A stretch of DNA of 64,000 nt from a virus. This document shows, piece after piece, positions 19,680 through 30,115 of the stretch. Each line of letters opens with the position of its first letter. Position 1 is the stretch's first letter. Where the stretch lies: IMG/VR virus record IMGVR_UViG_3300033146_005954, positions 3,859-67,858 of that record. One strand, written 5' to 3'. The notes under the pieces are model-generated. The model worked only from the letters and a program-made list of their open reading frames with translations. It ran no database searches and was not told where the DNA came from. The translations under genes were made by a program, and so were the position numbers.

Positions 19680-21892
19680 AAATAATAAATATAAAAATAC
19701 AGAATTTCAAATCGTATGGAGATAAGGAAATAGTATTTAATTTAGAAGATTTTATAACAAGAATATTTATAGGTGATAATGGGCAAGGTAAATCATCTAT
19801 AATAGATGGATTAGTATGGTGTTTATATGGGTATAGTAATGGAAAAGCAGATAGTATTATAAATAGAGAGAATAAAAAAGATTGTAAAGTTGAAACAAAT
19901 TTTATAATAGATAATGATTTATATTCTATAATAAGATATAGAAAGCATAAAGAGCATGGAAATAAAATATTAATATTTAAGAATAAAAAGAATATATCAC
20001 CTTTAAAAGCTACAGATAGTCAAGCATTAATAGATGAAATTATTGGAATAAATTTTATAGCAATGACATCATCAGTTATATTTTCAGCTGAAATGTATAG
20101 TTCTTTTTTAAAAAGCAAAGGGTCTGAAAGACTAAAAGTAATGGATAATATATTAAATTTAAAAATTATTCAAAAGTGGAATGATATTGCTAAAAAATTA
20201 AAGAAACCTATTACAGATAAAATAGATGATTTAAATTTAAAACATGAAAAGATATTATCTGGAGTATCTACTATAGAGGAAAATATAGAAGATTACAAAA
20301 AAACAAGTTATGATAAAATAGTTTCCTTTAAAAAAGAAAGAAAAAATTTAGAAGAAGAAGTTGTTAAATTAGAGGAAGAGATAACTGAAATTTCTAAAAT
20401 AGATTATGTATCTGAATTAAAATTAATAAGTGAAATAGAGGAAGTAGTAGATAATAATTTAAAATATAATAATTTAATAAAAGAAGAAAATATATTATTT
20501 GAAGAAAAGAAAAAAGAATTAAATGATAAAACGGTAGAATTTGATTTACAATCTTTAGCTGATTTAAAATTAAAACAAGAAGAGTATAGCAAAATAGATT
20601 TTGATGAATTAATAAATTCTATTAAAAAAAATGAAGAGATAGAAAAGAAAATTAGTGTATTAGAAAATAAATTAAAATTAATTACAACAAGTGAAGTATC
20701 TTTATATACAAAAAACATTAAAAAATTACAAACAGAATATGATAAGTTTTTAAAGCAAAGAAAGGAATTAGAGAAAAATATTTGTCCTATGTGTAAGTCA
20801 GTATTGGATGATAATAAAGATTTAATAATAGAAGTAGAAAAAGAAATTGATTATAGATTAAAAAAAATAGAAGAAATAAAGTTATTAAAAAGTAATTTAG
20901 AAAAAGAGAATTTAGAAAAAGAAGAGAAGAATTCATTAATAAATGAAGAAATTAAATTGTTAAGAGAGGATTGGAAAATAATAACTGACTCAATGGATGA
21001 AGTATTATTAAAGAAAGAAGAATTTTCAACATTAAAAAATTCAATAAAGCTATTAACAAAAGATTTTGAAACAACTGATTTATTAAATAAAGAGTATATT
21101 AAACAAATAGATTCTTTAGTTTTAAATCATAATACTTTAATAGAGAATTTAACAGAAAATTTAATAGAAGAAAAAAACAATAGTAAATTTTCTAAAGATT
21201 TTTTAATGAATTTAGAAATAGAGGTTGAAAATTTAAATAAAGTAATTTATGAAAAAAAGGATGAAATAAAGAATATAAATGTAAAAGCAAAAGAATCATA
21301 CGATAAGGATTTTATAATTAAATTAGAAAATAAAAAGAAAGTGTTAGTAAAAGGAATGAAAGAGGTTGTTAGTGAGATCAAAGAATATAAAATAAAAGAA
21401 GGGAGTTATATTAAATTATTACAATTATTATCTAATAAGAATGGAGGAGTTAAGAAATATATAATTTCTAAAATAATTTCTTCATTTAATGAAAAAATAA
21501 ATTATTATTTACCTATGTTTTTTGATTATAAAGTTGAGATAATGTTTGATGAAGATTTAAATGAAACAATATTAGTTAAAGAAAAAGAGGTTGAATTTGA
21601 TACATTTTCATCAGGAGAAAAAGCAAGATTTGAAATAGCAATAGCTTTTTCATTATTTTTAATAGTTAAAAAGTTTTTTAGTTCATCAATTAGTTTTATA
21701 GTGTTTGATGAAATATTAGATAACAATTTAGACAATGAAGGAATAAGAAGAATAATAGATGTTATTAAATCACTTGAAAAGAATAATTCTATTATTGTAA
21801 TTTCTCATAAAGATGAATATAAAGATTTATTTAATAATAAATTTTATATAAAGAAAGATAAAGATAATTTTAGTTATGTAAAAGCTGGCTAA
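19676..21892 (+). CDS. gp46/Rad50/SbcC-like ATPase
   Basis: GDNGQGKSS, CPMC hook, FSSGE, DE, ISH; long coiled coil. Confidence 0.92.
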   Translation: MKIINIKIQNFKSYGDKEIVFNLEDFITRIFIGDNGQGKSSIIDGLVWCLYGYSNGKADSIINRENKKDCKVETNFIIDNDLYSIIRYRKHKEHGNKILIFKNKKNISPLKATDSQALIDEIIGINFIAMTSSVIFSAEMYSSFLKSKGSERLKVMDNILNLKIIQKWNDIAKKLKKPITDKIDDLNLKHEKILSGVSTIEENIEDYKKTSYDKIVSFKKERKNLEEEVVKLEEEITEISKIDYVSELKLISEIEEVVDNNLKYNNLIKEENILFEEKKKELNDKTVEFDLQSLADLKLKQEEYSKIDFDELINSIKKNEEIEKKISVLENKLKLITTSEVSLYTKNIKKLQTEYDKFLKQRKELEKNICPMCKSVLDDNKDLIIEVEKEIDYRLKKIEEIKLLKSNLEKENLEKEEKNSLINEEIKLLREDWKIITDSMDEVLLKKEEFSTLKNSIKLLTKDFETTDLLNKEYIKQIDSLVLNHNTLIENLTENLIEEKNNSKFSKDFLMNLEIEVENLNKVIYEKKDEIKNINVKAKESYDKDFIIKLENKKKVLVKGMKEVVSEIKEYKIKEGSYIKLLQLLSNKNGGVKKYIISKIISSFNEKINYYLPMFFDYKVEIMFDEDLNETILVKEKEVEFDTFSSGEKARFEIAIAFSLFLIVKKFFSSSISFIVFDEILDNNLDNEGIRRIIDVIKSLEKNNSIIVISHKDEYKDLFNNKFYIKKDKDNFSYVKAG

Positions 21893-23562
21893 CCAGCTTT
21901 TACAATATTTTTCTTATAAGGTAATTGTTTTTGATTTATTTTATTAATTACTTTTTGATTTGGATTATTGTAAGAAGTAAATTTATTTATATTATAAGAC
22001 TGTTGAGGTTTAATAGGAGGATTAGGTTTTTTAACAACGTTATTTAAAGCGTTATTAACCTTCTTCTTTTTTTCATCTGATACTTTATCATCTACTTTAA
22101 CAGTCTTTACTTTATCAACTACTTTGTTTACAGTGTTTTTTGTTTTATCAACTATATTTTCTTTTGTTTTGTCAATAACAGAATCTACTTTTTTAACATC
22201 TTTTTTAACTTTATCAGATACTTTATTAACTACTTTATTAATAGCTTCTCCAGCTACATTAGCTTTAGATTTAATATTATTAATACCTTTTTTTATATTC
22301 TCTTTATTTATTTCTTTAGAAGCTCTGGCAATATTTGTTCCTACTTCTTTTGCTTCTTTACCAATTGCTACTCCAGCAGTTTTTGTTCCTCTACCAATTG
22401 CTGATCCAGCAATTTTAGAAGCTCTACCAACTTTTGTATCTTTAATTTTTCCTAATTTTTCTTTCATAACAGAATAAGCATCTTTACTAACTCTTCCAAC
22501 ATGTTTAGCTGTATTTATAGGGTGTAATGCATTTATATCATTTTTTCTGCTCAAAGTTAAATTAAATTGAGAGTAAAGTCTTTTAGCATCATAATATGCG
22601 TTCATAGCAGTTCTTTCAGCTTTTGCTTTACTACTATCAGTAGGGTATACTGTAAATCCTCTTTCTGCTTTTTTAGCCTTATCTAAAAGTTCCCCTAAAT
22701 CTTTTTTTAAGCCACTTATTCTAAATTTAGCTATTGAATTCTTTTTAGGATCTTTTTCAACTTTCTCAACTTTAGCTTCAACATCAGCTATTATATTTTT
22801 TATATCACTTTGATTTTTTTTAACTTTTTCTATTCCACTGATATCATCATCTATGTCATCATCATCATAATTAAATGTATCATCTTCAGTTTTAGTTTTA
22901 GTTTCACTATCATCTTCATCTTCATCTTCATCTTCATCTTCATCTTCATCATCTTTTACTTCAACTGTTTTATCTTTTACTTTATCTTTTACTTCATCTT
23001 TTACTTCATCTTTTACTTTATCTTTTACTTCAGTTGTTTCATCACCTTTATCATTTTTATTTTTAACTTCAGTTGTTTCATCATCTTTATCATTTTTATT
23101 TTTTACTTCAACTGTTTCATCATCTTTATCATTTTTATTTTTATTTTTTACTTCAGTTGTTTTTTTATTAATATATTTTGATTTCATAATTTCAGCAAAA
23201 CTATCTTCATCTTCCATGTTGAATTTAGAGAATAATTTTTCAGCCACATCTGGACTTATTTTTTGTTTTGTTCCACTATCTTTATTATTAACTGTTTTAT
23301 TAGCTCTATCTTGTATAATAGCTAAAGCAGTCAAAACTCTTCTTGTGTCATGAGGAGCAGCAGATATGTCATCTTTATATTTTAAATAATCACTTTTTAA
23401 TTGTTTTAATTCCTCAGATTCCCCGTTTTTACTTTTTGTCTCAAAATCTTGTAATATTGTTTGAGCTGTTTTTATATTATTCATATCTGCGTAAAAACTA
23501 CGTAAATCTTTATTAAAATCAAAATCTTCAAATTTTTCTGTTAAGTATTGTTTAAAAGTCAT
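21889..23562 (-). CDS. low-complexity charged protein, probable head internal protein
   Basis: Probable start MTFKQYLTE (SD GGAG, late motif at 23580-23589); EVKNKNDKDDET, KVKD and DE repeats. Confidence 0.65.
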   Translation of the reverse strand: MTFKQYLTEKFEDFDFNKDLRSFYADMNNIKTAQTILQDFETKSKNGESEELKQLKSDYLKYKDDISAAPHDTRRVLTALAIIQDRANKTVNNKDSGTKQKISPDVAEKLFSKFNMEDEDSFAEIMKSKYINKKTTEVKNKNKNDKDDETVEVKNKNDKDDETTEVKNKNDKGDETTEVKDKVKDEVKDEVKDKVKDKTVEVKDDEDEDEDEDEDEDDSETKTKTEDDTFNYDDDDIDDDISGIEKVKKNQSDIKNIIADVEAKVEKVEKDPKKNSIAKFRISGLKKDLGELLDKAKKAERGFTVYPTDSSKAKAERTAMNAYYDAKRLYSQFNLTLSRKNDINALHPINTAKHVGRVSKDAYSVMKEKLGKIKDTKVGRASKIAGSAIGRGTKTAGVAIGKEAKEVGTNIARASKEINKENIKKGINNIKSKANVAGEAINKVVNKVSDKVKKDVKKVDSVIDKTKENIVDKTKNTVNKVVDKVKTVKVDDKVSDEKKKKVNNALNNVVKKPNPPIKPQQSYNINKFTSYNNPNQKVINKINQKQLPYKKNIVKAG

Positions 23563-23645
23563 ATAATCTCCTACACTACTTACCTTTACAAAAACTATTG
23601 ACAAAATACATTTTTTATTGTATAATATATAAAAAAGGAATATAT

Positions 23646-26033
23646 ATGACAGAATTACATTTACATACTAACATAGGAAGTAGGTTAGATGCTATGGCTT
23701 CTTCATTTGATTATGCTAAATTAGCTAAAAAAAATGGACATAAGTCATTAGCTATTACAGATCATGGAAGAATGACAGGTATTTTAAATCATCAAAAAGC
23801 TTGTTTAGAAAATGATATAAAACCTATTTTCGGAGTGGAGGCTTATTTAACAGATGAACTAACTTCTTTAAATGAAAAAAACAAAAGAATTAGAACAAAA
23901 ACAAATCATATTATTTTATTAGCCAAGAATGAAATAGGTTATAAAAATTTATTATATTTAAACTACATATCCTATAAAGATGTAGAACATTATTATTATA
24001 ATAATAGAATATTAGAAAAAGAATTATTTGATAATAGTGAAGGTATAATAGTTGGAACTGCTTGTTTAGCTTCTAAATGGAATAGACTAATTATGGATGG
24101 TAAAATTAAAGAAGCTGAAAAGTTATTTGTTAAGTATAGAGACCATTTTAAAGATAATTTTTATACTGAAATCCAAATAAATGAAATAACTAATACTATT
24201 GATAAAGCTGAATTCGGGCAGAAAACTGTAAATGAAGTTATGATGTCTTTTGCTGAAAAATATGATGTCCCAATTTATATAGGTGGAGATGTTCATTATC
24301 TAAATCCAGGAGATGATTTACTTCAATCTGTTTCTATTGCTATTAGAAATAAAGAAACTATGGATAATTTATCATGGGAATTAGAAAGTAGACATATGTA
24401 TTATAAAAATGAAATAACTGTTTTGAAATTAAATAAAGAATTTGGCTATAATTATGATGAAAGAAAATTGAAAAACTATTTTAATAATTCTGATTTAATA
24501 GCTGAAAAATGTAATTTCTTATTACCTGAAAGAAAACAAATGTTTTTACCTAAATTATATGATGATGATGATAAAGTATTAATCACTAAAGCAAAAAATG
24601 CTTTAAATAAAATGTTCGATGAAATACCTGTAGAATATTCTAATAGATTGAATTTAGAATTAGAACTTATTATTAGAAAAGGCTTTAGTTCTTATCTATT
24701 AGTTTTAGAAGATATTTTTCAATTTATAAAAAAAGAAAATATATGGGTTGGAGCGGGTCGTGGCTGTTATACAGAAAATGCTATGGTTTTTACAAACAAT
24801 GGGTTTAAAAAAATTAAGGATGTAAAAATAGGTGATACTGTGATAAATGAAAAAGGGGAGGAAGATACTGTAATAAATACTTTTATTTATGACATAAATG
24901 AAGAGCTTTATGATATAAGCTATGTTCATTCTTCTAATACTTTTTCACCTAAACAGTGCACTGGAGATCATAAACAATTAATAAGAAGAAATGAAAAGAA
25001 CATCTGGGTTGAAACAAAAAATATAAATCCAGAAACAGACTTAATTTGTTTACCTAAAATAAAAGAAAAAAAAATAAATGAAATAAAAGAATTTGATTTG
25101 TTAGATTATAATATATTTAACTATGAATATGATGAAAATTATATATATGAAAAAGTAAATGCAAATAAAAACTCTTTTGTTATTAAGAAAATAAAAAGAA
25201 AAGTAAAAGTAGATAAAAACTTTTTCAGGATGATCGGATTGCTTGCTGGAGATGGTTGGGTTCCATATTATGATAGTAATTCTTCAAAAACAATTACATT
25301 AGCTATAAATAACAGCAATAAGAAAGATAAATGGAATAGAAAAGAATTTGAAATTTTTTATGATAAATTTTTTGACACAAGAGAGTTTTTATATGAAAAT
25401 ATTTCAAAAACAAAGAAACTAACTCAATTATATATAAATTCAAAGATTATATCTAATTTCGCTAAAGAAGAAATGATTTTTTACGATTTAAATAAACAAA
25501 AATATATTGATGAAAAATGGGTAAATCAAAGTAATAAAAATATTAGAAATATATGGAAAGGACTGTTGTATTCTGATGGATATTGGAGAAGACAAAATAG
25601 AAGTTTGAAAATAAATTTTGATAATACTTCATTAAAATTAATTACTAATTTTTGTGAAATTTCTAACAGACTCGGCCTTATTCCATCTATTAGTCATAAA
25701 GATAAATATTTATGTAATGAATCATACAAAGTAAGAACAGATCTATTTGATCGTTCAAACCTTCAAGATGAAGATTATTATTATATGGATATAAACAAAA
25801 TAAAAAAGCTAAAAAAAAGAAAATGTAAGGTTTATGATTTAAGTATAAAAAATCATCAATCCTTTATGATCGATAATATGATAACTCATAACTCAGGGGG
25901 CGGAAGCATCGTTCTATATTTATTGAATATTACCAAAATTGATCCAATAAAATATAATTTATTATTTGAACGTTTTTTATCAAATGAAAGATCTATTGAT
26001 GTAGTTTATGATTACTTTGGAGAAGCTAAATGA
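23646..26033 (+). CDS. dnaE: DNA polymerase III alpha (DnaE) part 1: PHP domain and start of palm, with cis intein
   Basis: LHLHT, AITDHG, GVEAY, DVHY; GAGRG-[intein]-SGGGS...LLFERFL; sigma70 promoter at 23598. Confidence 0.9.
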   Translation: MTELHLHTNIGSRLDAMASSFDYAKLAKKNGHKSLAITDHGRMTGILNHQKACLENDIKPIFGVEAYLTDELTSLNEKNKRIRTKTNHIILLAKNEIGYKNLLYLNYISYKDVEHYYYNNRILEKELFDNSEGIIVGTACLASKWNRLIMDGKIKEAEKLFVKYRDHFKDNFYTEIQINEITNTIDKAEFGQKTVNEVMMSFAEKYDVPIYIGGDVHYLNPGDDLLQSVSIAIRNKETMDNLSWELESRHMYYKNEITVLKLNKEFGYNYDERKLKNYFNNSDLIAEKCNFLLPERKQMFLPKLYDDDDKVLITKAKNALNKMFDEIPVEYSNRLNLELELIIRKGFSSYLLVLEDIFQFIKKENIWVGAGRGCYTENAMVFTNNGFKKIKDVKIGDTVINEKGEEDTVINTFIYDINEELYDISYVHSSNTFSPKQCTGDHKQLIRRNEKNIWVETKNINPETDLICLPKIKEKKINEIKEFDLLDYNIFNYEYDENYIYEKVNANKNSFVIKKIKRKVKVDKNFFRMIGLLAGDGWVPYYDSNSSKTITLAINNSNKKDKWNRKEFEIFYDKFFDTREFLYENISKTKKLTQLYINSKIISNFAKEEMIFYDLNKQKYIDEKWVNQSNKNIRNIWKGLLYSDGYWRRQNRSLKINFDNTSLKLITNFCEISNRLGLIPSISHKDKYLCNESYKVRTDLFDRSNLQDEDYYYMDINKIKKLKKRKCKVYDLSIKNHQSFMIDNMITHNSGGGSIVLYLLNITKIDPIKYNLLFERFLSNERSIDVVYDYFGEAK
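24765..25892 (+). mobile_element. intein with LAGLIDADG endonuclease (376 aa)
   Basis: C1 CYTENA, CTGDHK, IGLLAGDG and KGLLYSDG motifs, KVYDLSI...ITHN/S. Confidence 0.92.
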
Positions 26034-26896
26034 AATATTTAAAAGAAATGTGCGAGAAAAGTGAAAGATTTAAAACACTTTCTGTAGAAAATATGAAAAA
26101 ATATAAAAAAGAAATTATTGTAGCTAAACGATTTTATAATAATGGTAGAAATCTATTTAATGAATTAAGAGAAAGTAAGAATTTGAAAACTCAATATGTT
26201 ATTCCTTATTTACTAAATTTAACTAATTTAATAACAGATGAAAAAATGGAAATGGTTCAAGTAAAAGCCGGAGCTTCAGGGGGAATAGATGTAGATGTGG
26301 ATGTTCAACCGTCTGCTCGTGAGAGGATCTATATATATTTAAAAAACAAATATGGAGAGGATAAAGTATTTCATATAATAACATTTAGTAAATTAAAATT
26401 AGCATCTGCTACAAAAGATATAATGAGAGTATTTAAAATAGGTGATTTCAAAACAAATAATGAATTTACAAAATGTTTAGATGGTGATTTAACATTTGAA
26501 GAAAATATACAATTATTAAAAGCAGAACATCATAAACAATATAAAATGTATTTGGATAATAAAGAAGTATTTGATATAATTCCAAAAATGTTAAATATAC
26601 CTCGTGGAGCTGGAAAACATGCTGGAGGAATAGCAATATTAGATAGGCCAATTTATGACTTAATTCCAGTTGAGAGAATTAATGGTGATTTAGTGACTGC
26701 CTACCAAGAGAACGGATCACAGACTGATCTCGATGAAGCCGGAATCGTTAAGTATGATGTGCTTGGAATTACGATATTAGATATAATTGAAAAAGCATAT
26801 GATTTAATAGATGAGAAATTATATTTAATAGTAGAAGATGGAATAGAAAAAATAGTTTCAGAAAGTTATTTAGATGAGGAATTGAAATTGTTATGA
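26030..26896 (+). CDS. dnaE: DnaE part 2 (catalytic palm/thumb)
   Basis: GIDVDVD (PDIDxD equivalent), KYG, GKHAGGI, GIVKYDVLG. Confidence 0.88.
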   Translation: MKYLKEMCEKSERFKTLSVENMKKYKKEIIVAKRFYNNGRNLFNELRESKNLKTQYVIPYLLNLTNLITDEKMEMVQVKAGASGGIDVDVDVQPSARERIYIYLKNKYGEDKVFHIITFSKLKLASATKDIMRVFKIGDFKTNNEFTKCLDGDLTFEENIQLLKAEHHKQYKMYLDNKEVFDIIPKMLNIPRGAGKHAGGIAILDRPIYDLIPVERINGDLVTAYQENGSQTDLDEAGIVKYDVLGITILDIIEKAYDLIDEKLYLIVEDGIEKIVSESYLDEELKLL

Positions 26897-26972
26897 AATT
26901 GTTGAATGAAAAAAAATAATATATTTTTAATTAAAAAAGAAGTTAGATAACATATATAAAATAGGAGAATAA

Positions 26973-27128
26973 ATGAGTGATGATTTAGTTTTTAGAAAAG
27001 TATTATATTATTTTTTAAAGAGTTTTTTAGAGAATAATGATTTAGAATATATGACCTATACAGAAGATAAAGAATATAAACTTTGGATAGAAGACGAAAA
27101 TATAATAATAGATAGTGAGGAGATATAA
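26973..27128 (+). CDS. small hypothetical protein (51 aa)
   Basis: AGGAG SD, MSDDLVF...; coupled to 27128. Confidence 0.55.
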   Translation: MSDDLVFRKVLYYFLKSFLENNDLEYMTYTEDKEYKLWIEDENIIIDSEEI

Positions 27129-27328
27129 TGGCATATACAAATAGCGAAACAAGTAAATTATTAAATAAGAGAATAGTTGAATTTGAAGATTCAATTAATT
27201 TAATGGAAAAAGGGATGAATAAGAAAGGTGATGAATTTGATAAAAGTTTAATAGCGTTTCAATTTGGGAGAATGCAATCAATCTATATACAAGTAGCAGA
27301 ACTATTAAAGAACTTAAAAGTGATATAA
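27128..27328 (+). CDS. hypothetical protein
   Basis: GAGGAG SD. Confidence 0.6.
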   Translation: MAYTNSETSKLLNKRIVEFEDSINLMEKGMNKKGDEFDKSLIAFQFGRMQSIYIQVAELLKNLKVI

Positions 27329-27379
27329 AACACTTGACAAATAATATATAATATGTTATAATATATTCATGGAGCAACT

Positions 27380-27784
27380 ATGGATATAGACAAAGACAAA
27401 TTAAAAGAAGAATTTTTAAAAAAGAATTATGATTATTTTTTTAAAGAAGCGAGAGTTATTACAAATTTTTTATTAATTCAAAGTTTTAAAATTTACAATC
27501 AAGATATTCGAGAAGATATGATTCAAGAATGTTTAGAGAATTTATGGAAAAAAGTTGTAAATAACAAAGTTAAATCGGAATATAATTTATTTGCTTTTAT
27601 TTGGAAAAACAGTCAATTTAGAATATTAGAAATTTTCAGAAAAGAAAAAAACAGAAACAGGATAGCACCTTTTACCTCTTATGATGAATTAGATGATATA
27701 AAAATATCTAATTATATTGACTCAAGAAAAGAAATAGGATATAAATATGTTGATACTCAATTAAAGGAGTTATGGATTGCTTAA
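27380..27784 (+). CDS. gp55-like late-transcription sigma factor
   Basis: REDMIQECLENLW...NLFAFIW...ILEIFRKEK resembles sigma region 2 as in gp55; sigma70 promoter at 27334. Confidence 0.7.
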   Translation: MDIDKDKLKEEFLKKNYDYFFKEARVITNFLLIQSFKIYNQDIREDMIQECLENLWKKVVNNKVKSEYNLFAFIWKNSQFRILEIFRKEKNRNRIAPFTSYDELDDIKISNYIDSRKEIGYKYVDTQLKELWIA

Positions 27785-29285
27785 AGTAATAAGAGAAGTT
27801 AAAAAAAGTGAATTAAAAGATTTTTTATATAATATGGATTTAACTGATGAAAATTTATATAAAGAAGCTAATTCAGATACTTCATTAGGGATTTTCCAAT
27901 TTACAGGGAAAACAGCTAATAGATTATTAAAAGAAGTTAATCCCTCCTCATTTGAGGAATTAGTAGCTATAAATGCTTTATCAAGACCTGGAAGTATTGA
28001 AATGTTGCCACAATATTTAGAGGGGATGGAAGGAAAAGAAAGTCATTACCCGAGAGAATTAGATCCTATATTAAAATCTACAAATAATACTATTTTATTT
28101 CAAGAACAAATAATGGCTATTTTTAATAAAATAGGGAACTTTACTTTAGAGGAAAGTAATAGTATCCGTGGTTTAATGAAGGTATTAGGAAAAAAAGAAA
28201 AAAAGCAAGAAGATTTAGATGCTTGGGATAGAGCAGTTAAAAGATTTATAAAAGGGGCTGAAAATAATAATATAAAACCTTTTATGGCTAAAAAACTGGC
28301 AGACGATATGGTGGCCTTTTCTGCTTATAGTTTCAATCGTTCACATGCAGTAGCATATACATTAGTAGCTACAATGACATTATATCTTTCATATTATTTT
28401 AGGAAATATTTTTATTCAGCTATTTTAGATTATGAAATAGATAAAGATAATGAAATTTTAACAGTTTTTAATAAAGTAAAATTAAATAATTATGATATAA
28501 TGCCTCCTGATATAAATGAAAGTTATACAAATATGTATCCTATTGATAATACAATATTATATGGGTTATATAATATAAAATTTGTTGGAGAGAAACCTTG
28601 TGCGAAAATAATAGAAAATAGACCATATAATAGTTTATTTGATTTTATAATGAAAACAAGAAGTAGAGAGGTAAACTCAAAAACAATTAAAGCTTTAATA
28701 TCAGTTGGAGCATTTGATAAATTTGAAGAAAATAGAAAAAAATTATTATATATATTTGAAAGATTTTGGAAAGAAAAGAAATCAATTAAGATAGTTGAGA
28801 AATTAGAATATATATATAATAATATAGAAAAAGAAAGCGAAAGAATGATTGGATTAAATACTACTTTAAGTGATTTAAGAAAATATGAGAAGGAATTTTT
28901 TGGATTTAATTTTTTCACATCAGTTTTTTCACCTGAATTAACAAAAGCATTTATAGAAATGAGTAAAAAACATTTAATATATTTTGATATATCAGATGTT
29001 AGTAGAATATCTAAAAAATTACCTGTTAACATTTCATCAATTAGAACTTTAATAGATAGAAATGGGAAAGAAATGGCATTTTTAGAAATAGAAGATTTAA
29101 CAAATACTAAAATAACAATTCCTGTTTTTGGTAGTTATTGGATTTATATTAAAGATATGATACAAGAAGATGAAATATATTTATTAAATGTTTATTTGGA
29201 TGATAAAGATAATATATTATTTGGAGAGAAGAGTTGGGGACTATCTGAAGGTAAAATAATAAGAATGGTTAAGAAGGTTGGGTAG
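27777..29285 (+). CDS. dnaE: DnaE part 3 (fingers, HhH, OB)
   Basis: GIFQF, ALSRPG, FQEQIM, YSFNRSHAVAY, PPDINES, LISVGAFD, MAFLEIED. Confidence 0.9.
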   Translation: MLKVIREVKKSELKDFLYNMDLTDENLYKEANSDTSLGIFQFTGKTANRLLKEVNPSSFEELVAINALSRPGSIEMLPQYLEGMEGKESHYPRELDPILKSTNNTILFQEQIMAIFNKIGNFTLEESNSIRGLMKVLGKKEKKQEDLDAWDRAVKRFIKGAENNNIKPFMAKKLADDMVAFSAYSFNRSHAVAYTLVATMTLYLSYYFRKYFYSAILDYEIDKDNEILTVFNKVKLNNYDIMPPDINESYTNMYPIDNTILYGLYNIKFVGEKPCAKIIENRPYNSLFDFIMKTRSREVNSKTIKALISVGAFDKFEENRKKLLYIFERFWKEKKSIKIVEKLEYIYNNIEKESERMIGLNTTLSDLRKYEKEFFGFNFFTSVFSPELTKAFIEMSKKHLIYFDISDVSRISKKLPVNISSIRTLIDRNGKEMAFLEIEDLTNTKITIPVFGSYWIYIKDMIQEDEIYLLNVYLDDKDNILFGEKSWGLSEGKIIRMVKKVG

Positions 29286-29306
29286 ATAATTGGTAAAGAT
29301 AATAGT

Positions 29307-29762
29307 ATGTTAGTTTTAAACAAAATACAAAAAACGATTACTGGGAAAACTGTTAAGCCTTTTACTGTTCAAGGAGATACAGTTTATTGTATTGATAAAA
29401 AAGGAAATGTTGTATATATAGATGTTAATGAATTTGATAACAATTTAGTTAAAAAAAAAGAAGTTGTTGTTGTTAATCCAATAGAACATTTAAACACTGA
29501 TACTATATTTGATGAAGTAATTGAAAATGATGGTTTTTTTGAAGTTCCAATAACTCCAATAACTCCAATAACTCCAGAAACTCCAGAAACTCCAATAACT
29601 CCAGAACCTATAAAAACTCCAGGAGCTAAAGAACCTATAAAAATTCCAGAACCTATAAAAACTCCAGAAGTTATAAAAACTCCAGAAGTTATAAAAACTC
29701 CAGAAGTTAAAGAAGTTATAAAGCATAAAGAAGTTTATATATCAGATGATGATTATATATAA
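29307..29762 (+). CDS. hypothetical protein with TP(I/E) and IKTPE repeats
   Basis: Repeat tract 29545-29720; late motif at 29293, 4 nt before the ATG. Confidence 0.6.
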   Translation: MLVLNKIQKTITGKTVKPFTVQGDTVYCIDKKGNVVYIDVNEFDNNLVKKKEVVVVNPIEHLNTDTIFDEVIENDGFFEVPITPITPITPETPETPITPEPIKTPGAKEPIKIPEPIKTPEVIKTPEVIKTPEVKEVIKHKEVYISDDDYI

Positions 29763-29771
29763 GGAGAAAAA

Positions 29772-30053
29772 ATGAAATTAAGGAAAATAATAGATGAGAT
29801 ATTTGATGAAATAGCTTTAAAAAAAGAGATTCAAACTGCTGAAAATTTAAGTAATCAACATACTCAAACAATTGGGAAAATTAAAGATCAAATTAATGAT
29901 CTTGAAAAAGAAAAATTTGAGAAAGAGAAAGAAGAACAACGAAAAGCAAAACAACAACAGTTAGATGCTGTTAAAGCAAAAAAAGTTTTAGCTCAAACAG
30001 AATTATCGAAAAAAAATGGGATAACAACTCATCAATTAACACCAGTAAGTTAA
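29772..30053 (+). CDS. coiled-coil protein, possible virion component
   Basis: AAGGAG SD; MKLRKIIDE N-terminus. Confidence 0.6.
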   Translation: MKLRKIIDEIFDEIALKKEIQTAENLSNQHTQTIGKIKDQINDLEKEKFEKEKEEQRKAKQQQLDAVKAKKVLAQTELSKKNGITTHQLTPVS

Positions 30054-30068
30054 TCTTACTGGTTTTTT
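30041..30068 (+). terminator. intrinsic terminator
   Basis: ACCAGTAAG-TTAAT-CTTACTGGT plus T-run. Confidence 0.8.
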
Positions 30069-30115
30069 ATTGACAAAATATATATAATATGCTATAATAT
30101 ATTATAGGAGGGAAT

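Noticed and set aside
26897-27776. Functional split intein or intron joining DnaE parts 2 and 3
   Set aside because: No Cys/Ser1 block A, no terminal His-Asn, no intron-like structure; the interval holds ordinary ORFs and a promoter
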